64,000 nucleotides of DNA, from assembly GCA_001179505.1 (NCBI GenBank), contig CDMY01000360.1:1-64000 (forward strand), written 5' to 3'. The position numbers were made by a program, and so were the translations under genes. Below the pieces are notes generated by a model. It searched no databases and was not told where the DNA came from. It worked only from the letters and a program-made list of their open reading frames with translations. Source of the stretch: Vitrella brassicaformis CCMP3155 (lineage: Eukaryota > Protista > Chromerida). Below, in pieces: positions 22,696 to 41,499 of the stretch (its first letter is position 1; each line of letters opens with the position of its first letter).

Positions 22696-24549
22696 ATGAA
22701 GCCGCTTCCCCTTATCGGCAGCATGCCGCTGCTGATGAACGCGGCAACGCTATCCGTGGCTGTGCAGAGCGTGAATGTCAAGAGGTGAGGAAGCAGCAGA
22801 TGAGCATTGAGCTGGTCCTGCTTGTGACGCGTCTGCATGTGCGTATGTGTGTCGTGTGTCGTGTGTCAGAAGCAGTGGCCTTCCCCTGTTCATCACCGGG
22901 CCCGTGCCGTCAACAATCGGTGCGGAACGCAGGGCTGCCCTTCCGCTGCTGCAGGTGTCGATGAAGGCAAACGGCGGGCGCCACAACCACCTTCTGTCCA
23001 GACTTATCCCGCCCTGGCTGAGCCGTCAGCCACCTGCACCCCATCTGTCACAGCCCGTCCCTCCCACCCGGCTCTCTGGCCATGGCGGATTCAACTGTGG
23101 TGACGGCGGTGAGCCGCCAGTCCCACCAACCAGCTTGTCGGCGGATACTGATGGAGTCGGTGCCGAGCAGGAGGCAGAGCTGGCACTTGCGGGACGGTCA
23201 GCCACCATTGAAGCAGAGGCCCCCCCTGAGCCACCCCAGGAGGGCCACTCAGGCAACAGGTTGGCTTCTCTGATGAGTGCAGTGTATCCCTTGTTGGCTG
23301 CCGGCGCCATGAGCACGTGTCTGCAAGCGAGGGCGGCGTCCCCCGCTGGCTTTATGCGGATGCCGCCGTCCCAGCTGTCGCCCAGTGTGTTGCTGTATTG
23401 GCTCAACGTGGTGGTGTTTGTCATCAACGCCATGTGGGGCAACGCCCTCAACGAGGCGGGGGCCAAGCTGGACACCAAGCTGCTGGTGGGCGAGTGGCAC
23501 CGGCTCTTCACGCCCATATTCCTCCACGCCGACCTGTTCCACCTGATGATGAACGACACGTCCCTCAGCAATGTGGGGCCGTTCGTAGAGGCGGTCTACG
23601 GCTGGAGCCGCTTCTTCCTCATCTACCTCATCGCGGGTGTGGCGGGCAATCTGCTCAGCTTCACCCGGAGTGTCGGCATCAAGGGGCTGGCGAACCTGAG
23701 CCCAGGCAGCGCCAGTGGTCGGTCGTTCGTCACGTCTGGGGTGGCTGGTGGGGCACGGGCCGCTATTCCCAGCCTGGGCGCCTCCGGCTCTGTCCTGGGT
23801 TTGGTCGGCGCTTTGGTCGTCTATGCATTGCGGTTCCGCCTCGTACTCGGCCAATCGTAAGCGAAGAATGAACCATATGCACGTGACGTGTCCATTCATT
23901 CGTTCGTTCGTTTGTATGCTTGGTTGGCTGGGTGGCTGGCTGGCTGCAGCGGTGATCGCCTGCTCCGTGACCTCTGCCAATCCGTAGGGCTCATCTTCGT
24001 ATATGGGTCAGTCAGCACCCGTACGACGGACAGATCCCCCCCACCCCAAACAGCCCTGTCAAAAGGCCGTTCTCTGTTTGTCATGCAGTTTGCTTCCCGG
24101 TTCGCGCATCGACAATTTTGGTCATCTGGGCGGTTTTGTGGGCGGCCTGGCGGTAAGTGAGGCAGTGAGGGAGTGATTGCACACCGCGGCCATCCATCGT
24201 GGGGGGGGGGGGTGTGTGTGCAGGTGAGTTATCTGACCGGCCCACGGGTCGACTACCGCTATGTGGGGGACGGCTACTGGAGGTCAGTCAGTCGGGCAGA
24301 CAGTCACGATACGCACAACACAGCACCCACATTAATTAGCATAGCGTCCATCCATCCATCCATCCGTCTGGCTTGGCCCGTAGGCTGTACCGCGCGCGGC
24401 CCATCATCGACTTGCCCCGTCGGCAGGACCTAGACGCGCTGCTGAAGACCAATGCCGGCAGGGCAGAGTCGCGCTTCAAAAGGTGGACAGCCGACTGGAG
24501 AGCTCGGTACGGCCAGGGCAGGAGAGGCAGGACACCCGCAAGGAAGTGA
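22696..24549 (+). CDS. Rhomboid-family intramembrane serine protease, probably plastid-targeted
   Basis: GEWHRLFTPIFLHADLFHLMMN, RFFLIYLIAGVAGNLLS, SLGASGSVLG (catalytic Ser), DNFGHLGGFVGG (catalytic His); inferred leader MKPLPLIGSMPLLMNAATLSVAVQS plus a transit-like region. Confidence 0.88.
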
Positions 24550-25259
24550 CGCGACCCTAGTGAAGCTTGCAAGGGTGGGTGTAGATAACTGACAGTCCCT
24601 TAATTGATTGTGATGCATGTCATGAGATGTGTTTGTTTGAGAGTGCGTGTACAGAGAGCGTGTGATGTGACGTGACATGCGAGACGACTTTTTGTGACTC
24701 GACCGACCATGTGACGTGACGGTGAGTGACGTCAAGTGATTCGATTGACGGTGCGGGAAGGAAAGTGATATCCCCGGCCGCCATTCTGACTGACATGTAT
24801 TTTTCATTCCGGCCACTCTAGCTCGGCGGCCCACTTGGTCTGTCTGTCTGTCTGTCTGTCAGTAGTGGCTGCATTCATTTCATGTAGGTGTGGATGCGAT
24901 TCGCGTCGGTCCGTCGGTCGGTCTGTCTGTCTCTTCACAGGCCTGCCTGGCAGGAAGGAAACACAAACGGCTCCAACTAACTGTCTTGATATTTACAACT
25001 GGAGTGTGCCATGCCACGGCACACACAGGACTGACTCTCAACACAACGATCGACGGACGGACGGATCGCTGAACAGCACACTGCACTGCACACCCACCCA
25101 CCCACTGCCGTCGATCTCCGTCAGTTGCTCATTCACTCACTCACTCACTCAGGGGGCACTTCCACCTGCACACACAGCACACACACACGGGGTGTATGTC
25201 CCTCTCCCTCTCCCTCTGTGTGTGCCTAGCTGCCTCGCTCAGCTCACCCCGTGTGTGAT

Positions 25260-27458
25260 GGCGTCGGTGATCCACTTGAGCAGCTGGTATCGGCTGCCGT
25301 ACGCCGCGATGCCAAGCTTCACACGAAGGTCGTCGTCCGAACAGCCCGCCAAACCCACCAAAGTGTCGCCACACAGCTCCTCCTAAATATGGTGAGTGAC
25401 ATGCAGACACACCCGTTCACGAAGGTGCCTTCGTGTGTCTTTTGTTTGTTTCATGCTGACTGACGCATGTACCTTTCCGATGAGCGAGGCAAGCCGTTGC
25501 AGTGTGTCGCTGGGATGGTGTGTCAGGACACGCACCACCTCAGACACACTCAGCTGCCCCAGAGGGACCCTCACACCAAGCCCCCCACCATTGCCACCGT
25601 GTCTGTCGGCGTTGGCATCGCCACTGCAAACAGTGGGCGGTCGGTCGACCGCCATCATGTGCTGCTGCTGCTGCTGCTGCTCTTGCCGCGTCTGGACGTG
25701 TGGTTTCTTCTTCTTTGTCTTGAGTTTCTTGGGTGGGTGTGGCATGCCGTGGTGGTCGTGTGGGATTGGGGGGATGGAGGGGGCGGGGGGAGCGCTCGCC
25801 ACACGGGGCGAGGCAGAAGCAGAGAAACCAGCTGCACACAATAGACAGACCAGGAGGAGTCGTGAGTGAGTGGTTAGGTGGGTGCCGTTAAGTTGGCAGC
25901 TCACAAGTGCTCACTCACATACCTACCTACCTGTCTTTGGTCCAACGAGATACTTGAGCACTCTGCTGCCGTCTCGCCGCTTGGTGAATGTGCTGAGGTG
26001 GTGGTGGGGTGGGCCGTCATGCACAACCTGACGCACCCAGTAGCTTAGAACGTTCAAGTCGTAGAAACCCCGACGACAGCACACTGCAACCGACCAACCA
26101 ACCAGCCACTCACAACACACTCACCCCACCACCCGTCAGTCAATCTGTGTGTGAGCGTGTGTACTGTACCATCGCAGGAGACGTAGAATGGCTCCCCTTC
26201 TGAGTCAGCGAAGGGTCCAACCGTCGCCACGACCGTGTTGCTCTTGCTGGTGTGGGGCATGAAGGACGCCATGGACTCCAGGCCGCGGAAGTCGGGGTTG
26301 ACCAGGCACTGGTACAGGTAGGCCCGCTGGTAGTCGGGCAAGTGACCTGTATAACCAGCCGGGACGGTGGCGAAACGTTTGGTGGCATGGCGTGTGGTGT
26401 GCGGCGACGTGTGTGCTGTTCTCTTCAGTCAGCGCACCCACCGTGGTCGTTTTGCTCTTGCGTGACGTTGCGATTGTCAATGTGCGCGTTGTCGATCTGC
26501 GCATCTAGCAGCACACCTGCAGACAGACAGACAATTGAGGGAGGGAAGGACGGAGGATGGGATGGCCTGCGGTAGCGAGAGGGAGTGAGTGTGTAGGGAG
26601 TTGTCTTGCTCACCCTCATTACCCTTCATCTCTTGCTTGCGTTTAGCCTGCCGCTCCATACGCTCGAGCAGGCTGTGGCTCTCCTCAACATCCATATCGT
26701 CATCACCATCACCATCCTCACCTGCACACACACACACGCACACACACACACACAGAGGGAGACAGAGAGAGGTGAGGTGCACGTCAACACACGGACCAAA
26801 CTGGTCAGCCCATCGGCACCCACCTGATCCATCCGCACACACATCGTCTTGGTCGGGTTGCTCGCCATAGGCCCTCTTACGTGCCCGCCGCCTCTCGCCC
26901 CGCCTCAGCCCCTCTGACCTTCCCAGCGGCTGCTCGCCGCCCTTCACACGCAGGGCAGGTGACTCGTCGTCATCGAACCACGGTGAGTGAGCATCGTCCT
27001 CGGCCATCTTCTTGGCGGCGTGCCGTGCTGCACACACACACACACACACTCGAGTCAAGCAGCAAAGCTCATTGATTCACTCATTCATTCATCTCTGCAC
27101 CTTCGCTAAGCCATAGTTGTGGAGGCCCGTCTGCACAGTCCTCGAGGGTAAGCTCAATCTGCTTGCGCCTCATCGCCTTGAGCAGCACGTTAAACGCTCT
27201 CTCGAAGCGACTCAGAACCGCGTCATAGGTGCAGTCCTGGTCGGTCAAGCCGCTCAGATCCACCACGGCGGATGCCGTTGACTCGCCATGGGTGCAGATG
27301 ACCTCGAATGAATGGCCCATCGCGACGCCTCTCGTCAGGGCAGAGGGGATGCGGAGCAACTGACGAAGCGCATGAGTTATCTCCTTGCCTTTCTCGCGCA
27401 CTCCTTCGGGCAGCCACTGCTTGTGGAATCCACCGTCGGCCAGCGGCGGCTGCGCCAT
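25260..27458 (-). CDS. Unknown protein with a C-terminal SAM domain, multi-exon
   Basis: Spliced LSVSEVVRVLTHHPSDTLQRLASLIGK|EELCGDTLVGLAGCSDDDLRVKLGIAAYGSRYQLLKWI fits the SAM consensus; exon 27107..27458 splices in frame to ARHAAKKMAEDD. 3' end uncertain. Confidence 0.55.
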
Positions 27459-27624
27459 TTTCCAGCCTGTTAACATGCCTGTGAAACGATCGGAAAAAGC
27501 TCGCAGAAGCCCAGACGAGAAAAAGGGGAGGTCACACGTCCAATCTACGAGTCCAACACGGCCGCTGCTTTCCCAGTGATCAGCATCTGAGATCATCCCG
27601 CCTCTTGGCCTGATCTGCCTGCCA

Positions 27625-28383
27625 ATGAAGCCATCAACGTCAGCTCTCCCCAGCTCTTTCATCGCAGCAGCGGTGGTGCTACTGCTGCTGCAGCTGGAAG
27701 CATTCGCTGTGCAAGGTTTCCGTCCCCTCTCTGCTTTCGCCCCTCTGCTGTCTTCCCCATCCCTGCTTGAGAGGAGGGCACACAGATCATCGTCACTGAG
27801 GGCCACTGCTGCCTTGGCCGAACCGCAGACGACCATGGAGCTGCAGGGAGGAGGGGGACTGAGGGAGGTCGACGACTTTTATGAATTCCAGGTGACCTCT
27901 CCCGCACACTCACACAGACTCGTGACTCTCCGTTCGTATGTGTGTGTGGCTGCCTGCCTGCCTCATCTCATTCCCTCCTTCCCTCAGGACAAGGTGATGA
28001 GTGACACCAAGAAGAACAGCGGTCTGGTGCAGTGCGTGTGCCACTCGATGGCCTGGTCCAAGCCATGCCACTACTTCAAACCCAAGTTCAAAGACATGGC
28101 CGAACAGTCCCAATACGACAACGTCGAGTGGTATTGGGTCGAGGGCACCGACAGCGCCTCCACCCGCCGCATCCTCACCACACTGGGAATCACCAGCGTC
28201 CCGGTGGTGCAGATATGGAAGGACGGCCAGATGCTCGACGGCGTCCTCGGCAAGGTGCCACAAGTGGTCGAGCAGATGGTCCAGAGGTGGGCGGAGGCCG
28301 ACAGCAACGGGGAGGATCTCACCGAAGTGCCCAAGACGGAGCAGCCGAGGCTAGTCGAGAAGACCAACGTCGGGGAGGCGTGA
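27625..28383 (+). CDS. Atypical thioredoxin-fold protein (WSKPC), bipartite plastid-type leader, one intron (~27892..27987)
   Basis: Signal AAAVVLLLLQLEAFAVQG, then F-initiated S/R-rich transit; VCHSMAWSKPCHYFKPKFKDMAEQ...LGITSVPVVQIWKDGQ is a thioredoxin fold with cis-Pro loop. Confidence 0.82.
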   Translation: MKPSTSALPSSFIAAAVVLLLLQLEAFAVQGFRPLSAFAPLLSSPSLLERRAHRSSSLRATAALAEPQTTMELQGGGGLREVDDFYEFQVTSPAHSHRLVTLRSYVCVAACLPHLIPSFPQDKVMSDTKKNSGLVQCVCHSMAWSKPCHYFKPKFKDMAEQSQYDNVEWYWVEGTDSASTRRILTTLGITSVPVVQIWKDGQMLDGVLGKVPQVVEQMVQRWAEADSNGEDLTEVPKTEQPRLVEKTNVGEA

Positions 28384-29117
28384 AGGAAGGCGTGTGGGGT
28401 GGTGTCCGGGTTGCTTTTCAAAGCCTAGTTGTTATGGCGCCTGAGGAAGGAAGGAGAGGGGTCTAAGACCTTAAGGCTCTCTTTGTCTCTTTGCCTCCGT
28501 GTGTGTGTGTCTTGCTGGTCTAGCCAGCTGCTATCTGCTCTGCGTGAGTGAGAAGCGGAGGTGCACGTCCGTTGATGTGTGTATGCGTTGTGCCGCTGCC
28601 AGCTGGTGTGGAATGACGGTACAGAATACTGTCACCAACCACACAATGCACTCATGGCATGGCATGTACGTGTCCATCCGCCCCCCCGTACGCGGAGAAG
28701 AGCGATTTGACTGACTCTCTCTCATCGTGTGCATGCTGGATGACTCATGACCGACTGATGAGTGAACGTCACTTTCCCACACGTCAGTCACTTGACGCCA
28801 CAGACAGACAGACCAAGTGGGCCGCCGAGCCACTTGTCAGTCAGTTCTAATGGCCGCCGGGGATCCAATTGCCCTATCCTCATTTGACTGACAATCTTAC
28901 ACCTATTCCTCGACCTAGGACTGATGCCACAGGGAAAATCGCTGATCCGAAATAGTAATACAAGCAGCTACTAAAAGACGGCGCACTGACTGCTTTGGCA
29001 GCCTCTCACTGCCTGCCCTCTCTGTACGCCAAACTCCACTCCCCCGTATGCTCAGCCTTCCATTGCTGTCCTTATAAGGTGCCTTCTCCTCCCTCCTGCC
29101 CCCGGCGCCGCCAGAAA

Positions 29118-34890
<5,773 letters not shown>

Positions 34891-37800
34891 CCCGTGTGAC
34901 CCGTGGACAGGACAGACGAGAGAGACGGCCGTCGTCAGTCAATCGTCTCGCTCTCCCCCCTCTCTGCTACATACAGATGTGTGTTATGTGTGTGTGTTGT
35001 CGCGTAGATTAGATGTATGTATGGTGTTGTCGGTTTTCTAACCCTTTGTCCTTCCTGCAAATGAATGGAGGGTGGGTGGGTGTTTGGTGGGGTGGGTGGG
35101 TTGGCTCGGTGTTTTCTGATCGGTCCGGTCGGCTGATAGATCTGATTGGTCGCTTTGCCAGTCAGTCCATCGCCCTTCGATCCTTACTTGCCACGCTATG
35201 CTGCTACAGTACCGCTAGCTGCTGCTGTCAATGTCTGTCAGTCATGTCACCATCCATTCCATCCTATCGCGAGATCCACTCTCGCCTTCTCTCCCTCTCT
35301 CTCTTGGCGCTGGCGTGTGTAGCGTCTGGCTAGGTGTGGCCATGCTTGGTCCATCCAGCACTCTTGACCCTCTCCCTCTCCCTCTCTCTCTCTCTCTTCA
35401 TTGTCACATGATTGATCCACGTCTCATCGCCGCCGCCATGCTGATGCGCCCCTTTGGTCTAGGCGCAGTGACTGGGGGGGCGCACAGCACAGGCATGGTC
35501 TGTCTGTCTGTCTGTCTCTCTGCATCCATCCATCTATCGGTCCATCCTCTCTCACCTGAGGACGGCGTAGAAGACTCGTGTCTCGCGCTGCTCCTCATTG
35601 CTCATCGGTGTATGTCACTCTCGCCGCATTCATTCTCACATCCATCCATTCTATCGCTCATTGAGCTCACTCATTCACTCTCTGCTCTGTCATTCTTTCT
35701 CCTCACCGTCCGTCCGTCCGTCCGTGTGTCACTGTCTGTCTCGCCACTCGTTGTATAGACCAGACAGCCGTCGGGCAGGGAGGCAGGTTTTGGTGGCTGA
35801 CGACCAACACATACACACATACGGGGAGGTGGGAGGGTTCAATTGGGAGGGAGGCGACATACGTGAGTGAGGCTGAGGACGCTTCGCTTCCCCTCCCCCT
35901 TTTTGCTGTGATGGCGGGGCGGGGCGGGGCTGGCGGTCTATCTTATCTATCGCATGAATGAATGAATGAATGCACACGTACCCTACCGTACCGTACGGCT
36001 CTTAGTAGTGTGCGTTCTGGCGTGACAGTGGCGCGTTACGGTTTGTGGTCATTTTGCCAGGTATGCATGGGAGACAAGGCAGCCACTGATTGGTCGAGTC
36101 GATTCGTTGCTGGCTGGCTGCAGGTTTTTGCTTCAGCGGTCGGTCGGTCGAGGGCCGGGTCAGTCAGTCTTCATACGGTCTATCTGTCTGTGCGTACAGA
36201 ATATGTGGGAGCGGAGCACCAAGCCAGGGAGTGTTTTAGGGAGAGCTTGTAGTCAGTCAGTCAGTTTCAGTCTGTCTCGTCCACACATCCACACACACAC
36301 ACACACCCCCACACTGGGCTAGCTCACACGCATCGCATCGCATCGCATCAGTCAGGCTGGCTGGGCTGCCTGCAGCTGTTTACGTGTACATACCGCACCG
36401 CCATGTGGCCGAGCCGAGAAGGCCCCACACCACACGACATCCTGCCAGCCACGCCATGCCATGCCATGCCAGTGCGTCTAGTGTAATCAAACGTACTGAG
36501 GTCTGTCTATATGTCTGCAGGTCACTTTTTTTGCTCAACCCACTTCATTCCTTTCGTCCTTTCGACCTTTTCCTTCCATGCCATGCCGCGCCGATAATTC
36601 ATTGGATGGTGCCGTGCATGCCACGCTGACTGACCCTTTGCTGTCGGTGCACACACAGACAGACAGACAGTACAGTCAGTGTCCATCACCATCCACGGTT
36701 GGTTCATGCACTGCACGCACGTGTCGTGTCGTGTCGTGTCCGCACATTCATTGGTTCATGTCTGTGTCAGTCAGACAAGGAAGGAAGGAGAGACAGACGA
36801 TAGATTGTTGGAAAGACAGACAGAGCTGCATGTCATGTGATGTGATGTCATGTATAGCCAGCCACCCTCTCCCATCCCACCTACATACACGTCCCATGCC
36901 ATGCCATGCGTGCCGCTCTCTTCTCGCTCACACATATCCATCCATCCATCCATCCATCCATGGCATGGCATCCAACGGGCTAGCCTTCTCTTCCCTCCCT
37001 CCCTCTCTCACACTGTCTGTCTGTCTGTCTGTCTCTCCGTCTTTCTGACTCGTCTTGGTGAGTGAGTGAATGTATCTAAGCACAGTGATCTCGACCCCTC
37101 CCACTCACTGCATGAGCCCCTCCCTCCTCCCTCAGTCTCTCGTCCACTTTCCGTCTCTCTCTCTGCTCATCCTCCTTACTTTGTGTCTCGCCTGCCTGCC
37201 TGCCTGCCTGCCTGTACTGATAGCTAGACCATGGGATGCACTGCACCAACAAACAAACGAATGATGGATGTCACGTCACACCACTTGTTTCGCCGTGACG
37301 CATACATGTCATGTGTGGTGTGCATGGCCGACCAGAAAGACTGACACGACACGACACGACACCCCCTCGCTCGCACGCAATGTAATATGGACGCGTTGTG
37401 CGTTGCGTTGCATTGCGTGATCGAATGTGTGTGTGTGTGTGTGTTTGCGTGCTTTCATGATGCCAACGCATACGGTGCGTGGATTCGATGACGCCAAGCT
37501 ACTCTCTTGCATGATCGCTCCCTCAGTCAGTCAGTCATTTTTGGGACGCAACCTACCGAACCGACACACCCAACCCACCCACCAAGCAAGTGCACATGGG
37601 AGCGGGGAGTCCGTTTGTGTGTGTGGGGATGGATGGATGGATGGCCACATACACACCATACGTACGATGAATCATTTTGATTGCATTCTAGTGCACACAA
37701 TGAATGCACCCGTGCCGTGCAGGGAGGGACACAACGTACCAGACATGCCGAACGAACCGAACACCACACAAGTTAGTGTCAGTCAGCGATGCTCATGTGA

Positions 37801-38032
37801 CGTGTGTGTGTTACTGTATGTGGTAGCGGCAGACACCGTACCTGACGAGAATGAATGACTTTTTGCAACTGTGACGACCTCGTTCGATTCCATACACCAC
37901 CAGCTTCTACTTACACAAAGTTTCGATCGACACACATAAAAGTTCCGTCCACACCCACCGAAAAAGGACTGCCCCATCTCGCGCACACCACACGGACATA
38001 ATCGTACCCGATAGCCGCCCCCCCCTCGTCAG

Positions 38033-39346
38033 TCACGTGAAGTCCACCAGCTTGATCTCACTGGACACATCGCCCACAATGGCCCGGCCCCGGCCCTCGC
38101 CCGCCACAGCCACAATGCAGTTGCCCTTGTGGCCCATCTCGTGCTGCACCAGGGGATGACACCCACACTGCGAGGCGACCGAGCGTCTGCTGCTGGTGCT
38201 GGTGGCCAGGGACCGCTTGGCCTCCCACAGGGTGAGCTGGCGGTCGTTGCTGAGCGAGAAGAGGTGGGTGTGGGAGGCCGGGAGGAAGGTGACACACGAG
38301 AGAGGGGACAGGTGCGTGATCGAGCCACTGTGCGGCGAGGGCCACAGACGATCGCCTGCACACAACACACATAGATGGTGGATGGATGAGGTATTTCCTG
38401 CCTGACGAAGGCATTCACTACCCACCGGTGAAGCCATAGAGGACGATGTTGCCGTCACCGAGGGCGACGGCCATTTTGGACCCATCGTGAGAGCATGCGA
38501 GGTCCTCGACGAATGGCGGGTTGACCAGCTGTTTGGCGCCGGCAGAGGTCTCCAGCTCGGAGTGGACCTTGTTCATGTCCAGCCGCATGCGGCACTTGCC
38601 GCTGCTCGCGTCCCAACGACACACACGACAGTCGTACCTGAGCAGACAGAAAGAACCGAGGACAACACACACACGGTCAGTCGCAGACACAGACAGACAG
38701 ACAGACAGGTGGAGTGCATCCATCCACCAAGCGAGTGTCGGGAAGTGTGTGCGCTGGCTGTTCTGCAGCTCACCCACCCTCCTGTGACGAGGTCTCTTGC
38801 GCAGCCGGCCCGGAACACAGCAGAGCCACAAATGTTGCCGTGCTCGCCAGTCAGCTCCCTCTTCACAGCCCATCCACCGCCCGCCCCCTCCCCCTGGCCC
38901 TCTCCTTCCCACTCGCACACGAGCACACTGCCGCTCTCCAGCGGCACCGCCATCGTCCCTCCAGATGAATCGAACGCGAACCTGTCAATCTCACCAATGG
39001 CAGATGACGCGCCGTCGAAGCCCTCCACACCGCTGCTCACATTGAGCAAAACCCGGTCGCTGCGCCGCAGGTCAAACGCATACAAAGCCCCTCCTCTCGC
39101 CACATAGATCTGGTGTGGGTGGCCGGGGCGGAACCGCGCAGCGCCCATGGTGGAGCCGTCCTGGCTGTCGAATGTTGTGTCGTGTAGCCGCCTGCATGAT
39201 GTGTGTGTACGGACGTCCCACAGACGCGCGGTGTTGTCATCGGAGCAGCTGAGCACAAGATGGTCGGGCGGCTCGGAAGGGATGTCCAATGAAACCACGC
39301 TGTCACGATGGCCTCGCAACGCGCTGACGGATACAGATGCCGTCAT
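38033..39346 (-). CDS. WD40-repeat protein (WDR53-like), multi-exon
   Basis: LRGHRDSVVSLD..VLSCSDDNTARLWDVR, LTGEHGNICGSAVF, YDCRVCRWD, LVNPPFVEDLA, LFSLSNDRQLTLWE. Confidence 0.8.
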
Positions 39347-39732
39347 TCTGCTGAGAGAGCGGTGTCACGGACTGCTGCAGCGGTTTCATGGAGCACTGAT
39401 TTGCGAGCTTAGATGTTCGGATCGTTCGCAGCATTCGGGCGTCAGGAGGGCAAAGGGTAAGTGCAGGGAAGGCACGGGCATCAGTTCTTGTGACGGCGGA
39501 CGATTGGATGAATGTTTTCAGATCTGATCTCGTGACAGAGAGGAGGGCAGCAGCAGCTGCTGAGGTACTCACGAATGAGGAGCCTCAGGGATGTCTGTGG
39601 AAAGATCCGCCGGCTGATTTGATCGAAGGTGAGATGCCAAGCGATGCGAACACGCCTCATTTCCATTGCTGTGTTTGTTTGCTCGGGTGTGTGTATGCAG
39701 CGTGCTGACTAACCCTATATATCAGGCCAGTG

Positions 39733-39896
39733 ATGTCGAGGCCGTCGTCCCGCAAGGCGCGGCGAGAGCCGCTGTACCTCGACTTCATCGATGAGCGCAG
39801 CACTATCACGCTCACAACCGACGAGTTTCGCACCTTAGAACAGGTCAGCATTCATTGGTGTGGATGGATGGATGGACCACATCACATCACAACTAC

Positions 39897-39935
<39 letters not shown>

Positions 39936-40422
39936 TGTATGTGTGGTGTGGTTCTCCTCGACCAGACGCGTCGAAAGATCGCCGGTGTCCGGAGCATGCT
40001 GCTCGAGCAGATAGTGGATGTGTCCCTGTACGACACCGCCGACGGCAGGTACTGCTTCGTCGACTACCTCTCGCCCTCGGAGGCGACGAGCAACTCGAGG
40101 GTCATCAAGGTGGAGGTGAGCCTGCCGTCCTTTATCACGGGCTTCCCCATGCCGCCCGACGGCTGCGATCCGGCTGCATGGGACAATATCTATGTCTGCA
40201 TCCGAATCCACGAGGGAAAATACGGTCGGTGTTGGGTGGGTGGAGAAAGAGCACACGGGTCTGAGTGTGTGTGTGTATGTGTGTGTGTCAGATGTGTTTA
40301 TGTGGGTGTTGGAGGTGTATGGGATCAGCTACGACATGCTGCACGAGTGGCTGCGGTGCGGCCTGGAGCGGCTCGGGTATGACGCCTGGCCCAACCCACA
40401 CAAAGACACTTACGACACATGA
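39733..40422 (+). CDS. Small unknown protein (~160 aa), three exons
   Basis: MSRPSSRKARREPLYLDFIDE..|TRRKIAGVRSMLLEQ..RIHEGKYG..|VLEVYGISYDMLHEWLRCGLERLGYDAWPNPHKDTYDT*; GC3-rich exons with GT-AG introns. Confidence 0.55.
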
Positions 40423-41499
40423 TGGAGGGATGGACGGATGGTAGCCGGCGGCATACATACCCAGACAGACAGACAGACAGGCAGGCGCCGATCTGTTCTT
40501 GTGAAGTGTGATGCTACGGGTTCTGCGCATGTTCACGCTACGAGCGTCTGTACCTGCCTGCCCGTCTGTGAGTCACTCCTTCCTTCCGTCTGTCGCGTGC
40601 CTGTCTGTCTGTCGCTCTTTCCACTGTAAATAAGGGTTGATTCGCAGACAGCGGGTGGAAGAGGAGGGATGGGGCGCATATGGATGGCCATCCGTGGACA
40701 TACCAGCGAGAGGGCGTGCTAGTGCTGTGGGTGGGATGATGGACCAACAACTGACTTAACTGTCATGACCTACCTGTACAGACCCGGGGGGCTGTGCGTA
40801 TTTATTTGTCACTTTGAGGGGAGAGAGAGTCGGATGGCATGGATGGGTGTGTGACAGGCTTGGACGCTGCCGCTGCTGCTGCATGGCATGGATCGCCTGT
40901 CGTTGCTCAGTTGGTTGATGGATATCATGATATGTATACGTCTGTCTGTCTGTCGTACTCTGACTGACTGACGGACTGACTGACTGACTGACCGGCACAA
41001 ATAAGTAATGCATTCACTCACCCACAGAGCGCGTCAAATTGACTGACACATAGTGTTATCTGACAGAGAGCTATAATAGTGACTGACGTAACCTTCTTGA
41101 ATGGTCTCGTGCTGTGCCCCTCCCCTCCCTCCCTCCCTCCCTCCCTCCCTCCCGCCCCTCCCTGTAGAGTACCATCCCGCGGTAGCTGTCTAGACTACTA
41201 CACGGACCCATCTGTAACTAACCAACTACCTGTGTCACTTCCTCTCCTCCAAATGCACACACACACCCCACACACCCACCTTGTCCAATGCATCAACACA
41301 CTGCACCCACACGCCCACCCAACCGTCCATCCATCCATAAAGAGCACAGCGGCACGGCACACACACGAACGAAAGACAGACAGACAGACAGACAAAGAGG
41401 CCACCATAGACACACAGAGAGAGAGAGAGAGATAATCGACACCAACACAATACAAAGAAAGCTGAAACCACCGATCTGATCAACGGATGTGTCGCTTCG

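Noticed and set aside
27081-27836. 251-aa minus-strand ORF overlapping the thioredoxin gene
   Set aside because: Only its downstream part (from 27458) is coding, as exon 1 of the SAM gene; the overlap with thioredoxin is a shadow, not a true overlapping gene.
37882-37891. gttcgattcc T-loop-like motif as a possible tRNA
   Set aside because: No acceptor, D or anticodon stems could be built around it.
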